Source of the DNA: an uncultured Bacillales bacterium
Lineage (GTDB): Bacteria; Bacillota_I; Bacilli_A; RF39; UBA660
NCBI GenBank assembly: GCA_946614095.1
Contig: CAMOGG010000003.1
Span: 1 to 59,706 of the forward strand
Length of the DNA stretch: 59,706 nt
Direction: 5' to 3'
Under the pieces are notes generated by a model, which had not been told where the DNA came from, searched no databases, and saw only the letters and a list, made by a program, of their open reading frames with translations. Positions 8,568-19,018 of the stretch are shown one piece after another. Position 1 is the first letter of the stretch. Each line of letters begins with the position of its first letter. The translations under genes were made by a program, and so were the position numbers.

Positions 8568-9618
8568 ATTTTTTTATTAGATAATCAAAGAATGGACGAA
8601 AAGCAGTAGGTAAGGCATGTTTTTTTTCTATCTCATCTAAAGAAAACCAAGAGTATTCTGAAAGTTCTTCCTTAACTTCAATAAAATAGCTATTCATATA
8701 CCACTTTTTATGAGTAAAAATATGAGTATTGGTAATTCCCATTTCTACTCTTAAAGTTCCAGGTACTTTTTCTTTTACTTCATCAAATGTTAGAAATCCT
8801 TCCATATTAGGAAACTCCCACATATTCTTTAAAAGACCATCTACCCTTTTATGAAGAGCATATTTTTCTCCACACTTAATTAAAAAAAGTGTGTATTCTT
8901 CTTCTAATTTTTCCTTCTTAGATATTTTTCTAGGAATCAAGGATTCACATCCATTCAAATGAGCAAGACAATGATACTGTAAAGGACATTCATTACACTT
9001 AGGAATACCATTTGGAAGACATATTACTTCTCCCAATTCCATAATACCTTGATTAAAATCTCCAGACTCAATTGGCAAGATAGCTTCAACTTTTTCTTTA
9101 ATATCTTTTTTTACATTTAAATCACTAATATCTAAGTCCAAATTACAAACTCTACAATAAACTCTCATCACATTTCCATCAACAGAAGCATGAGGAAGAT
9201 TATAGCAAATAGAACTAATAGCTCCAGCTGTATATTCTCCAATTCCTGGAAGAGATAGAATGTCTTCATATTGATTAGGAAAAATACCATCAAACTTCTC
9301 CATAATTTTAATCGCAGCTTTTCTTAAATTACGAGCTCTCGAATAATATCCTAAGCCTTCCCATAATTTTAATAATTCATCCTCTGATATTTCACTTAAA
9401 CTTTTTATATCTGGAACTCTTTCCATGAAGCGATTATAATATTGAATAACAGATTCAATTCTAGTTTGTTGAAGCATAACTTCACTTATCCAAACATGAT
9501 AAGGATTTATATCTTTTCTCCATGGAAGATCTCTTTTATACTCCTGATACCAATTTAATATTAATGTAACACAATTCTTCATAAAAAGATTATAGCATAA
9601 TTCATTAATATCAAACAA
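8566..9618 (-). CDS. mutY: A/G-specific adenine glycosylase MutY (true start possibly at 9582)
   Basis: RDLPWR, VWISEVMLQQT, WEGLGYYSRARNL, LPGIGEYTAGAI, VDGNV, 4Fe-4S Cys motif, NUDIX-like C-terminus. Confidence 0.96.
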   Translation of the reverse strand: MFDINELCYNLFMKNCVTLILNWYQEYKRDLPWRKDINPYHVWISEVMLQQTRIESVIQYYNRFMERVPDIKSLSEISEDELLKLWEGLGYYSRARNLRKAAIKIMEKFDGIFPNQYEDILSLPGIGEYTAGAISSICYNLPHASVDGNVMRVYCRVCNLDLDISDLNVKKDIKEKVEAILPIESGDFNQGIMELGEVICLPNGIPKCNECPLQYHCLAHLNGCESLIPRKISKKEKLEEEYTLFLIKCGEKYALHKRVDGLLKNMWEFPNMEGFLTFDEVKEKVPGTLRVEMGITNTHIFTHKKWYMNSYFIEVKEELSEYSWFSLDEIEKKHALPTAFRPFFDYLIKK

Positions 9619-9650
9619 AAAATATGATATAATGAAAACGGAGGAATATT

Positions 9651-10139
9651 ATGAAAAAAATTGGAATAATAATATTATTAATTTGTAGTATTACTTTACT
9701 AGTAGGATGTGATAAAAAAGAAAAAACAAAAGAAAAAAAGAACGAGAATGCAGTGAATACTTTAGCAGAAGTATCATCTAGAAAAGAATTAGAAGATATG
9801 GTAGGATTTAAAATACCTACAATTGAAGGGAAAGAAATCATTAACTATATAGCAATAGGAGAATCAAATAAAAAAGAACAAGCTAGACTTTATTATCAAG
9901 ATGGATCAGAATTTAATATAAAAAAAGGCACAATTAAGAAACAAGAAGAAATTAGTGGAATTCATGGTGCAGAAAAAAAGGATACCATTAAAATAGAAAA
10001 AATAAATATTACAATTTATGAATATGAAGAAACAATCTTTGGGGTATGGAAGGATAACGAATATGCTTATGCTTATTTGATGCAAAATACAGATAAAGAA
10101 ACTTTAACAGAAAACTTAGAAAAACTGATAAAAGAATAG
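9651..10139 (+). CDS. Lipoprotein of unknown function
   Basis: Lipobox LLVGC. Confidence 0.75.
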   Translation: MKKIGIIILLICSITLLVGCDKKEKTKEKKNENAVNTLAEVSSRKELEDMVGFKIPTIEGKEIINYIAIGESNKKEQARLYYQDGSEFNIKKGTIKKQEEISGIHGAEKKDTIKIEKINITIYEYEETIFGVWKDNEYAYAYLMQNTDKETLTENLEKLIKE

Positions 10140-10154
10140 AAGAATATTCTAATA

Positions 10155-10892
10155 TTGAATATTCTTTTAGTTTATGATATAATATACCACGTTTTAAGGG
10201 GGTATAAAATGGATAGAGATTTAAAAATAGTAGATAAAAAAACATTAGATAAGATTATTACTACATTAAAAGAATCTGTATCTGTAATTTTATCAGACTA
10301 TTATTATTATATGTTATTTAAGAGTATAGAAGAAAGAACGATAGAAGATAATTTAGCATTAATTCAAGAGGTAGAAAAAATAAAAGAAGATGTATTTTTA
10401 GGAGTATTAGGCTCATTTAATGATTTTGTAAAAGATAGAAATTTGATTAAATCACGTATATCCAAAGAAATATCTATTGAAAAAACAAAAATAGAAGGTA
10501 TAGAATATGATAGGAAGAAAATAGATATAATAACATTAGGAGTTACTTTTTTACTACCAACTTTCGCACCTATTATTTTAGTGATTGGTGCTTCAAGATT
10601 AGGACTAGATAAATTACAACAAAACTCAAGTAAGAAGATAATGGATATATATCGATTGATAGAAGAAGAATATGATTCTTCTCATAAAGATTTTTATCAA
10701 TTAGAAGAAACCTTAAGAACAGACTATCATGAATCAAAAAAGAGATTAAAGGAACTAAAGGAGAAAGCATTAATAGGACAAGATATTATAGATGAATTAA
10801 TAAAAATAATGAATCCAGAGAGCTTAGGAATTCCTTTGCAAGAGTTTCAAACTACAGAAGTTGAAGAAAAACCAAAACAATTCATAAAATAA
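10155..10892 (+). CDS. Hypothetical helical protein with a central hydrophobic hairpin (likely start 10209)
   Basis: Long ORF; RBS AAGGGGG before the second Met. Confidence 0.6.
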   Translation: MNILLVYDIIYHVLRGYKMDRDLKIVDKKTLDKIITTLKESVSVILSDYYYYMLFKSIEERTIEDNLALIQEVEKIKEDVFLGVLGSFNDFVKDRNLIKSRISKEISIEKTKIEGIEYDRKKIDIITLGVTFLLPTFAPIILVIGASRLGLDKLQQNSSKKIMDIYRLIEEEYDSSHKDFYQLEETLRTDYHESKKRLKELKEKALIGQDIIDELIKIMNPESLGIPLQEFQTTEVEEKPKQFIK

Positions 10893-10910
10893 CCTTTTAA
10901 AAGATAGAAT

Positions 10911-11837
10911 ATGTGCTATAATCTTATAGGAAATAAAGGAGAGGATAGTATGAATAAGATATTATATAAAATATTTAAATGGGATTTAGAAGGATTAATA
11001 AAGAATTTATTTGGTATTATTCTCTTTTCAGTAGCAATTAATCTATTTGTAGAGCCAAATCATTTGTATAGTGGAGGAGTATTAGGACTAGCTCAGTTAT
11101 GCAATAGATTAGCTCAATCAATATTAAATTCTTCAACAAACTTTACCGGTATTATAAACTTTGTTTTAAATGTGCCCTTACTTTTACTAGCATATTTTAA
11201 AATTAGTAAAAGTTTTTGTATGAGAACAATTATAACAGTAGGAATTCAAACAATTTTATTGTCAATTGTACCGATTCCAGTAAAACCATTAGTAAATGAT
11301 GTATTAACAAACGTTATAATTGGGGGAGTTCTAGTTGGAATTGGAATTGCCTTTGTTTTATCCTCAACAGGATCAACTGGTGGAACGGATATTCTAGGAA
11401 TTGTTCTTACTATGAAAAGACCACATGCTAGTGTAGGAAAAATAGCACTAATCTTTAATGCAATAGTTTTCAGTATTAGTGGAATTCTCTATGGAATACC
11501 AATCATGATTTATTCCGTTTTATATTCCATCATAGAAAGTTTATCAATAGACCGACTACATGAACAAAATATTAGTATAAGTGCAATCCTATTTAGTAAG
11601 AAAAAGCCAACCGAAATCTTGAAATATGTAAGAGAAGAACTAGATAGAGGAGCTACTTGTTGGGAAGGTATAGGAGAATATGATCATTCAAAGACTTATA
11701 TTACTTATTTAGTGTTATCTAGATATGAATTTCATAAACTAAATCGATTCTTAAAGTTAACCAATCAAGATGTTTTCTTAGCAAAAAATGATTTTGTAGA
11801 AGTAGAAGGAAAATTTCAAAAGAGACTATCCAAATAG
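10911..11837 (+). CDS. YitT family membrane protein
   Basis: SGGVLGLA, NVPLLLLAY, GSTGGTDILG, C-terminal DUF2179-like RGAT..G.G. Confidence 0.9.
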   Translation: MCYNLIGNKGEDSMNKILYKIFKWDLEGLIKNLFGIILFSVAINLFVEPNHLYSGGVLGLAQLCNRLAQSILNSSTNFTGIINFVLNVPLLLLAYFKISKSFCMRTIITVGIQTILLSIVPIPVKPLVNDVLTNVIIGGVLVGIGIAFVLSSTGSTGGTDILGIVLTMKRPHASVGKIALIFNAIVFSISGILYGIPIMIYSVLYSIIESLSIDRLHEQNISISAILFSKKKPTEILKYVREELDRGATCWEGIGEYDHSKTYITYLVLSRYEFHKLNRFLKLTNQDVFLAKNDFVEVEGKFQKRLSK

Positions 11838-11891
11838 GATAGTTTTTTGTGTTTTAGAGTGTTATACTAATAATAGAATTAAGGTGATTAT

Positions 11892-14447
11892 ATGAATGAA
11901 CAATTAAAATATCTTGAATTATCAAAAAAGACAAAAGAAGAAATTATGAGTCTTTTTGATACAAAAGAAGATGGACTTACAAAAGAAGAAGTAAGAAAAA
12001 GATTAGAAAAATTTGGTGAAAATATCGCGACAAATAAAAAGAAAAAAACACCATTATTTTTTATTATAGAAAGCTTAAAAGATAAATTTGTTTTAATCTT
12101 AATCCTACTAGCAGCAATAGACTTTATGACAGATGATAAACTAGGAGCATTAATTATTCTAGGAATTACAATTATTAGTGTAATCATAAGATTTTCTCAA
12201 GATTATTCTACTTATCTTTTTAATGAACGATTGCAAGAAAAAATAAGAATTTTTACAGATGTTATTCGAGAAGGAAAACAAAAAGAAATTAGGCAAGAGA
12301 AAATAGTAGTAGGAGATATTATTACATTAAGTGCAGGATCTGTCATCCCAGCAGATCTCTACTTATTTGAAGCAAAAGATTTATTCATCAATCAATCATC
12401 CTTTACAGGAGAAAGTGAAGCAATAGAAAAGTATAACAAGAATCATTCTTCATCAATGGATCCTATTGAAATTGACAATATTGCTCTTATGGGATGTACA
12501 GTAATTAGTGGACAAGGAAAAGGAATTGTTGTTAAGAAAGGATTAGATACCTATATTGGTAAAATGAATACAAAAAAAGAAGTAATAAAAGAAGAAACCT
12601 CTTTTGATAAAGGAATGAATCATATTACAGCTCTCTTAATTCGATACATGGTAGTAATCTCTATCGCAGTATTTATTATATATGGGATGATTAGAGGTAA
12701 TATGAAAGAAGCTATTTTATTTGCTTTATCAGTTGCAGTTGGAATTACTCCAAGTATGTTACCAATGATTGTCAATGTAAATCTAACAAAAGGTAGTAAA
12801 GCACTGGCAAAAAAGAATACACTAGTAAAAAGTATTAAGTCTATTCAAAACTTAGGTTCAATGGATATTTTATGTACAGATAAAACAGGTACCCTTACAA
12901 AAAATAATATTGAATTGCAAAAATACATCAATGTAAAAGGAGAAGATGATGATTATGTACTAAAATGTGCCTACGTTAATAGTTATTTAAGCACAGGTTA
13001 TAAAAATATTGTAGATAAAGCAATAATTCAATATGCTAAAAGTCATGGGGTAGAGATAATAGATTATAAAAAAATAGATGAAATTCCATTTGATTATATG
13101 AGAAAAAGAGCATCCATCGTTGTAGAAAATGGAAAAGATTATTCTGTTATTACAAAAGGAGCATTAGAAGAAATTGTAAAAGTATGTGATATGGCTTTAA
13201 TAGATGAAAAAGAAGTACCAATTACAGAAGAAATTATAAGAAAAACCAATGAAAAGGCAGAGGATCTTGCTAAAAAAGGAATGCAAGTAATTGCACTAGC
13301 TGTAAAACATGAATATAAGGGAATAAATAACTTCAATATAGAGGATGAAAAAGATTTAACGCTAATTGGATTAATTGCTTTCCTGGATCCACCAAAACCA
13401 TCTGCAGAAAAAACAATTAAGAAATTAAAAGAGTATGGAGTAGGAATTAAAATATTAACAGGAGACAACGCTTTCGCAACAAGAAACATCTGTAGTGCTG
13501 TTGGGATTGATAGTAAGATAGTGACGGGGAAAGAAATAGAAAAATTAAATGATTATGAACTATCTAACTTGGTAGAAGAAGTAGATATCTTTGCTAGAAT
13601 GAATCCATTACAAAAGGAGAGAGTTGTATCAACGCTAAGAAAGAATGGACACTCTGTAGGATATATGGGAGATGGAGTAAATGATGCTCCTGCTCTAACC
13701 TCTTCAGATGTAGGAATTAGTGTCGATAGTGGAACTGATATTGCAAAAGAGTCAAGTGATATCATTCTTCTAGAACAGAATTTAGAAGTGATTCATAACG
13801 GGGTAATTGAAGGAAGAAAAGTTTATGGGAACATTCTAAAATATATGAAATTAGCACTTAGTCAAGACTTTGGAGACGTCTTCTCCATTATGATAGCAAG
13901 TGTCTGTCTTCCGTTCCTTCCATTGCTACCAATTCAAATGTTAATACAAGATTTTATCGTTGAACTATCTCAAATTGGAATACCTTATGATAATGTAGAT
14001 GAAGACTTCATTAAAAAAGTAAAAAAATGGGATATCAAATCTATCAGCACATTTATGACTATTTTTGGAATTATCTCAAGTATTACTGATGTTGTTGCTT
14101 TTATAATATTTTGGTTTATCTTCAAATACAATTCGATTGATAAGCAGTCATACTTTCAAACAGCCTGGTTTGTAGAATGTATTATCTCAGAAACACTCAT
14201 GATATTCTATATTAGAACCAATCATGTAACAAAGTCAAAACCAAGTAACATTTTACTAATATTAACAGGAGCAACAGTACTATTTACTATTTTAGTACCT
14301 ATGATTCTAAGTTTTGTGGGAGGATTTAACTTTGTCTTATTACCAGGAAACTATTACTTCTATTTAATAGGATTAGTAATCTTATATGGAACAATTGCTC
14401 AAATAGTAAAGAAAATCTATGTAAAAAAATACCATGAATGGTTTTAG
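11892..14447 (+). CDS. mgtA: Mg2+-translocating P-type ATPase
   Basis: TGES, VGITPSMLPMIV, DKTGTLT, EIPFD, TGDN, MGDGVNDAPAL, FQTAWFVE. Confidence 0.93.
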   Translation: MNEQLKYLELSKKTKEEIMSLFDTKEDGLTKEEVRKRLEKFGENIATNKKKKTPLFFIIESLKDKFVLILILLAAIDFMTDDKLGALIILGITIISVIIRFSQDYSTYLFNERLQEKIRIFTDVIREGKQKEIRQEKIVVGDIITLSAGSVIPADLYLFEAKDLFINQSSFTGESEAIEKYNKNHSSSMDPIEIDNIALMGCTVISGQGKGIVVKKGLDTYIGKMNTKKEVIKEETSFDKGMNHITALLIRYMVVISIAVFIIYGMIRGNMKEAILFALSVAVGITPSMLPMIVNVNLTKGSKALAKKNTLVKSIKSIQNLGSMDILCTDKTGTLTKNNIELQKYINVKGEDDDYVLKCAYVNSYLSTGYKNIVDKAIIQYAKSHGVEIIDYKKIDEIPFDYMRKRASIVVENGKDYSVITKGALEEIVKVCDMALIDEKEVPITEEIIRKTNEKAEDLAKKGMQVIALAVKHEYKGINNFNIEDEKDLTLIGLIAFLDPPKPSAEKTIKKLKEYGVGIKILTGDNAFATRNICSAVGIDSKIVTGKEIEKLNDYELSNLVEEVDIFARMNPLQKERVVSTLRKNGHSVGYMGDGVNDAPALTSSDVGISVDSGTDIAKESSDIILLEQNLEVIHNGVIEGRKVYGNILKYMKLALSQDFGDVFSIMIASVCLPFLPLLPIQMLIQDFIVELSQIGIPYDNVDEDFIKKVKKWDIKSISTFMTIFGIISSITDVVAFIIFWFIFKYNSIDKQSYFQTAWFVECIISETLMIFYIRTNHVTKSKPSNILLILTGATVLFTILVPMILSFVGGFNFVLLPGNYYFYLIGLVILYGTIAQIVKKIYVKKYHEWF

Positions 14448-14803
14448 GAAAGGAAGAAATAATGTTCAATTTTTTTAAAAAGAAAGATCCAAATCTATTG
14501 GAAATCAAATATAGCATATCATCAGGGATTCCTTTTAAATGGGAATGGGAAATAGAAGATCAAACAATTTGTAATTTAGTGAAATGTACTTCTCATGGAG
14601 AACAAACAAAAAAGCTAATCTGTGGAGGAAAGGTAGAAACAACTTACTTTTTCAAAGGATTCAAACCAGGTACTACAAAAATTATCTTTAAATATATCAA
14701 CTTCGCAGATAACTATGTATCAAAAATTGATGAATACACAGTAATAGTAAATCAAAATTTTAAGATATCATTGGTATCAAAAGAAGAAAAAAAGATGCAA
14801 TAA
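14438..14803 (+). CDS. Chagasin/I42-like protease inhibitor family protein
   Basis: SSGIPFKWEW..GGKVETTYFFKG.KPG.T.I.F.Y. Confidence 0.6.
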   Translation: MVLGKEEIMFNFFKKKDPNLLEIKYSISSGIPFKWEWEIEDQTICNLVKCTSHGEQTKKLICGGKVETTYFFKGFKPGTTKIIFKYINFADNYVSKIDEYTVIVNQNFKISLVSKEEKKMQ

Positions 14804-14830
14804 AATATCCACAAAAATCTGTGGATTTTT
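14802..14830. repeat. Intergenic palindrome copy 4
   Basis: AAAATATCCACAAAAATCTGTGGATTTTT at the stop codon. Confidence 0.8.
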
Positions 14831-14914
14831 TATTGAAGAATAAAAGAGTTCATATTATAATGAAAATAGAAAATCGCGTGAAATACATCTCCTACATCGG
14901 AGAAGAAAAAATAA

Positions 14915-15526
14915 GTGAAAGAAGGATTATTAAGTAGTATGAAGTTCAGTAAAATATTAAAAAACAAAGTCGCAACCATGATTTGTCTGATAGTAATTGT
15001 AGTAATAATTGTTACAGGAGGATTATATCTAACGAGAAATAAGACATCAGAAGTAGATACAACCTATTTAGGCGCGAAATTAGAAAAAGCCAGTGAATTA
15101 ACCACAACAAAGTTAACCTATGATGGATTTACAAAGTATACAGATACTGGTGTAAAAGTAATTAATCGATCTGATTTTTTAATGGTCTATAAAGCAACGG
15201 CAAGAGCCGGAATTGATGTAAAAGAAATTAAAATAACAGCAGATAAAATAACAAAAACGGTAAATGTAAAACTTCCAAAAGCAAAAATATTAGAAGTAAA
15301 AGTAGACCCAACTTCTATCAAATATTATGATACTAAGTTAGCTCTATTTAACTTTGATAGTAGGGAAGATGCAAACGACGCTCAAGATTTAGCAGAAAAA
15401 GAAGCAATGAAAGAATTAAAAGGAATGGGAATACTAGAATCAGCTGATACTCAAGCAGAAGTATTAATAAGAGGATTACTACAAGAGTCAATACCAAATG
15501 ATTATGAATTAAAATTTTCAAAATAA
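14915..15526 (+). CDS. DUF4230-like membrane-anchored protein
   Basis: SELTT, ARAGID, VKLPKAKIL; N-terminal TM. Confidence 0.8.
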   Translation: MKEGLLSSMKFSKILKNKVATMICLIVIVVIIVTGGLYLTRNKTSEVDTTYLGAKLEKASELTTTKLTYDGFTKYTDTGVKVINRSDFLMVYKATARAGIDVKEIKITADKITKTVNVKLPKAKILEVKVDPTSIKYYDTKLALFNFDSREDANDAQDLAEKEAMKELKGMGILESADTQAEVLIRGLLQESIPNDYELKFSK

Positions 15527-15554
15527 AATATCCACAAAAACCTGTGGATATTTT
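15525..15554. repeat. Intergenic palindrome copy 5
   Basis: AAAATATCCACA-AAAACC-TGTGGATATTTT. Confidence 0.8.
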
Positions 15555-15596
15555 TTTAAAAAATACATGTTATAATGATAAAGAAGGAGTGGTAAT

Positions 15597-16595
15597 TTGG
15601 AAGAAGTACTAGAAAAAGTAGATGAACTAATTGAAAAGTCAAATAATATTCCAAAAGAAATTAAACCAATTGTAAAAGAAATTTGCAAAGGTTATATGAG
15701 AGAAAGCAATGGTAGAATACCAATAGAAGGTATCATAAATGTATGTAATACAGTATTTCATCAAATTGATTTAGAAGATAATAGTTTTCTTGGTGAAAAT
15801 AGAATTCTAGGAGAAACGATTACCAATTATGATGATGATTGTAATATTAGTCACGTGATAAATTATGTAAAAGATCCAAATATAATAAAACTAATATCCA
15901 TCTTAACACATGAATTAGGTCATGTCATAACAGAACCTAAACCAAATATAATGAATCCAGATGGAACATATCCACTTGTAAAAAGGACTACAACAGTTTA
16001 TAGCAGTTGCAAATATATAGATGGAGATTTACGCTGTGCCAACCAATATGGTTATAGAATGGCAGATGGCTTTTTAGAATCCATGAGTACGAAAATATTT
16101 CATTCAGATGATTTTAGAGAAGAACTATATAGAGCAGGATATGACTTAAAAGATTATGAATATAAAGATGAAAGACTATTTCCATCACGCATATATGATG
16201 AATATAAAGCATGCTTTGAATTATATGATTATATTTTAAATGGAACTTTATCAGATTTTTCTATAAGAATATTTCAAACAAATGAAGAGTTAGCAAACTA
16301 CATCAATAATAATAAAATAACAGTAATTTTTGATTTTTTAGATGAAAGTAATGATGCATTATGGAAACTAAAGCCATATGAAGGAAAAGATAAAGATGAA
16401 ATCTTTGATGAATTACTTCAGGATTATCTAGATAAGAAAGAAAAATCCATAATATTGGCAGAAGAATTATGTAAACTTTTAGGAAAATCATTAGAAGATA
16501 AAAAATATCAAGAATTAATGACAACTTATAAAGAAACATTAAACAAACAAAAAGAATTACCAATAAAAGACGATAGTTTACAAAGTAGTAAATAA
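15597..16595 (+). CDS. Hypothetical protein with HExxH zinc-metallopeptidase motif
   Basis: ILTHELGHVI; downstream DGFLE. Confidence 0.55.
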   Translation: MEEVLEKVDELIEKSNNIPKEIKPIVKEICKGYMRESNGRIPIEGIINVCNTVFHQIDLEDNSFLGENRILGETITNYDDDCNISHVINYVKDPNIIKLISILTHELGHVITEPKPNIMNPDGTYPLVKRTTTVYSSCKYIDGDLRCANQYGYRMADGFLESMSTKIFHSDDFREELYRAGYDLKDYEYKDERLFPSRIYDEYKACFELYDYILNGTLSDFSIRIFQTNEELANYINNNKITVIFDFLDESNDALWKLKPYEGKDKDEIFDELLQDYLDKKEKSIILAEELCKLLGKSLEDKKYQELMTTYKETLNKQKELPIKDDSLQSSK

Positions 16596-16604
16596 TATCT
16601 TCTT

Positions 16605-17483
16605 TTATTTTAATAATTCTACAAACTTTTTTACAATAATGTTATTGATATGAGTAGATTCAACAGCACAAATAAGATCTTTTTCTGTTATCTTAAAGGA
16701 AGTTTTAACTTCTACTAATTCACCATTTTCTAATTGATTATCTACATATTCACGAACAACAAGACCGATTCCCAAACCACTTTTTGCACAATCTTCAATT
16801 ATTAAATCATTACCAATTTCCATTAAAGGATGAACAACAATATTATTTTTATTACAGAACTGATTAAAGTTTTTTCGATTAGAAGCATCAAAAGGTAACA
16901 ATACTAAAGGAAGAGTAGGCAAATCATTTTTACGAATTAGCTTATTTGCGTAAGGACTAGCAGGATTCACTACAAAAATATCATGTAATTTTTTTATTCT
17001 AGTAATTTGAAATTGTTCAGGAATTTGATTTGGTAAATGAGTAAATACAATATCTACTAAACCAAGCTGTGCCATTTTTATTAATTCATCAGTAACTACT
17101 GTATGAACAATGACATTAATATTTGGATATTTTTCATGAAATTGTTGGATATAAGGCATCAAAAAACGTTGCATAATAGTATTTCCAGCACCAATGTTAA
17201 TTGTTCCGTTCTCCATGTTATTTAATCCTTCTATATCCTGCTCTGCAGAAATCACAAGCTCCATTGCTTGTTTAATCTTTCGATATAAAACATCTCCTGC
17301 ATGATTAAGTGTAACTCCATCATTTGAACGATGAAATAAGACAGTATTTAAATCTCTCTCTAATGTCTTAATACTTTTACTGACTGCTGGTTGGGATACC
17401 ATTAACTCATTCGCAGCTTGTGTTATACTTTTATTCTTCGCAACATAATAAAATACTTTATAAAGATCTAAATTTGTTTTCAT
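16605..17483 (-). CDS. LysR family transcriptional regulator
   Basis: SITQAANELMVSQPAVSKSIKTLE..LFHR. Confidence 0.95.
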   Translation of the reverse strand: MKTNLDLYKVFYYVAKNKSITQAANELMVSQPAVSKSIKTLERDLNTVLFHRSNDGVTLNHAGDVLYRKIKQAMELVISAEQDIEGLNNMENGTINIGAGNTIMQRFLMPYIQQFHEKYPNINVIVHTVVTDELIKMAQLGLVDIVFTHLPNQIPEQFQITRIKKLHDIFVVNPASPYANKLIRKNDLPTLPLVLLPFDASNRKNFNQFCNKNNIVVHPLMEIGNDLIIEDCAKSGLGIGLVVREYVDNQLENGELVEVKTSFKITEKDLICAVESTHINNIIVKKFVELLK

Positions 17484-17492
17484 AACCCCTCC

Positions 17493-17507
17493 ATAACTAT
17501 TAGTTAT
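17493..17507. promoter_or_regulatory. LysR-type binding dyad ATAAC-N5-GTTAT
   Basis: T-N11-A dyad just upstream of the LysR gene. Confidence 0.6.
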
Positions 17508-17568
17508 AACTAATATAAAAAATAAATATTTTGATTATATCACTTTTTCCCTTATAATACAAACTTGT

Positions 17569-18192
17569 TTGAAGGAGCTCATCAAACAAATAGAAAAAGG
17601 AGGGTTTCAGTTGGAAGAAACACTATTAGAAAAATTAAAAAAAGCAAAAAAGTATCATGGCGCAGAGTTTATTTGTTTCTTTAATAATGGCAAAGTAAGA
17701 GAAGATGATCTAATAAATGCTAAAAGAATTCAAGAAGCAAAAGATCCAAAAACATTTGACTTAATATCAGAAGTTTTATACAAAGCAACAGAAAGCTATG
17801 CACAGAGGTATGATTTTGATTCTGTAGAGATGGATCTAGAACTAGGATTAATCTATAAAGCAAGAGATGTAGAAGATGGAACAATAATTGAGAATAGAGA
17901 GCCAATTCCTGGAATTGTAAGAATCTATACCGGAAGCATTACTAGTTATCTAGATGGAGAACAAACAAGCGGAAGAGATTACTATCGTTACGGATTTGGA
18001 AAACAAAGCTTTATTACATTTAAACAATTAATGAAAGCTATCCAAGAAAGTGGATTAGACTATACCGGACCAGAAACATTCGAAGAATTCAAAGAACAAA
18101 TTCTACAAGGAAAGCCTTTTGATATTAAAATATCTGCTAATCTAAATGAAAAAGAAGATACCAAGCCAACACAAAGAACAAAAACAAGATAA
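17569..18192 (+). CDS. Hypothetical protein (likely TTG start at 17611)
   Basis: ORF with RBS AGGAGG before TTG; followed by a terminator at about 18196-18223. Confidence 0.6.
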   Translation: MKELIKQIEKGGFQLEETLLEKLKKAKKYHGAEFICFFNNGKVREDDLINAKRIQEAKDPKTFDLISEVLYKATESYAQRYDFDSVEMDLELGLIYKARDVEDGTIIENREPIPGIVRIYTGSITSYLDGEQTSGRDYYRYGFGKQSFITFKQLMKAIQESGLDYTGPETFEEFKEQILQGKPFDIKISANLNEKEDTKPTQRTKTR

Positions 18193-18277
18193 AAGAATAG
18201 ATAGTCAAGCGACTATCTATTTTTCATTTTAATAAGCAATAGGAACAATTTTTTGGTATAATAGAATTGGTGATAAT

Positions 18278-18856
18278 ATGAAAGATGTAATAAATAAAAA
18301 ATGTCCAAACTGTGGTGCACCACTAACAACAGAAATCTGTCCTTACTGCCAAAATACAACAGGACTCGATACAGCAAGTGCAGATATGGAATACCCAGTA
18401 ATAGAATGTAAAGAAGCACAAATAACCTTTTGGAACGTGTGGTTCCCAATGATATTTGCAGTTTCCTTTGGATTTTTTGGATTTGTATTCCCAATAGTTT
18501 TTTTTATAACGACGCCAGACGCTGCAATCGCAGTACTCTTAGCGAGTAGTTTATTTGCTATTATAGGAGTGGTTGCATTTATCATCGGAATAAAACCTGT
18601 AATTAGAAATCATGTGATAAAAAGAAAAGGAAAAGAAATAGAAGCAACTGTATATGGATATATGGATGATAATTTATTATTAAACGGAACACCTTCTCAA
18701 ATTGTCAAATTACTAGTTACCACAAAAGAAGGACCAAGATTTATTTTATATCAATTAGGTGATATAAAGCATCCATATAAAATCAATAGTAAAATAAAAC
18801 TATTAGTATATAAAGATATATTCATGGTGAAAAAGAATGAATATTACTTTGAATAA
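18278..18856 (+). CDS. Zinc-ribbon membrane protein
   Basis: CPNCGAP..CPYC; two TMs. Confidence 0.7.
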   Translation: MKDVINKKCPNCGAPLTTEICPYCQNTTGLDTASADMEYPVIECKEAQITFWNVWFPMIFAVSFGFFGFVFPIVFFITTPDAAIAVLLASSLFAIIGVVAFIIGIKPVIRNHVIKRKGKEIEATVYGYMDDNLLLNGTPSQIVKLLVTTKEGPRFILYQLGDIKHPYKINSKIKLLVYKDIFMVKKNEYYFE

Positions 18857-18887
18857 AAATATCCACGATAATCATGGGTATTTTTAT
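18853..18887. repeat. Intergenic palindrome copy 6 (degenerate)
   Basis: AAAAATATCCACGATAATCATGGGTATTTTT at the stop codon. Confidence 0.65.
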
Positions 18888-19018
18888 TTAACAAAAAAAG
18901 TTACGATAATCCTTTGATATTTACAGAATAGATTAATTAAACTAAGAGAAAAAGCTTTATTTATATTAGAGTAATTTGCTAAAATAAAAACAAATCTATT
19001 ACATTTGGAGGGATTATT

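Noticed and set aside
4924-15554. oriC from DnaA-box-like words
   Set aside because: The boxes are mismatched, dispersed in pairs at gene ends, and there is no dnaA/dnaN context
4924-18887. CRISPR array formed by the ATATCCAC palindromes
   Set aside because: Copies are 0.7-6 kb apart and separated by genes; no cas genes
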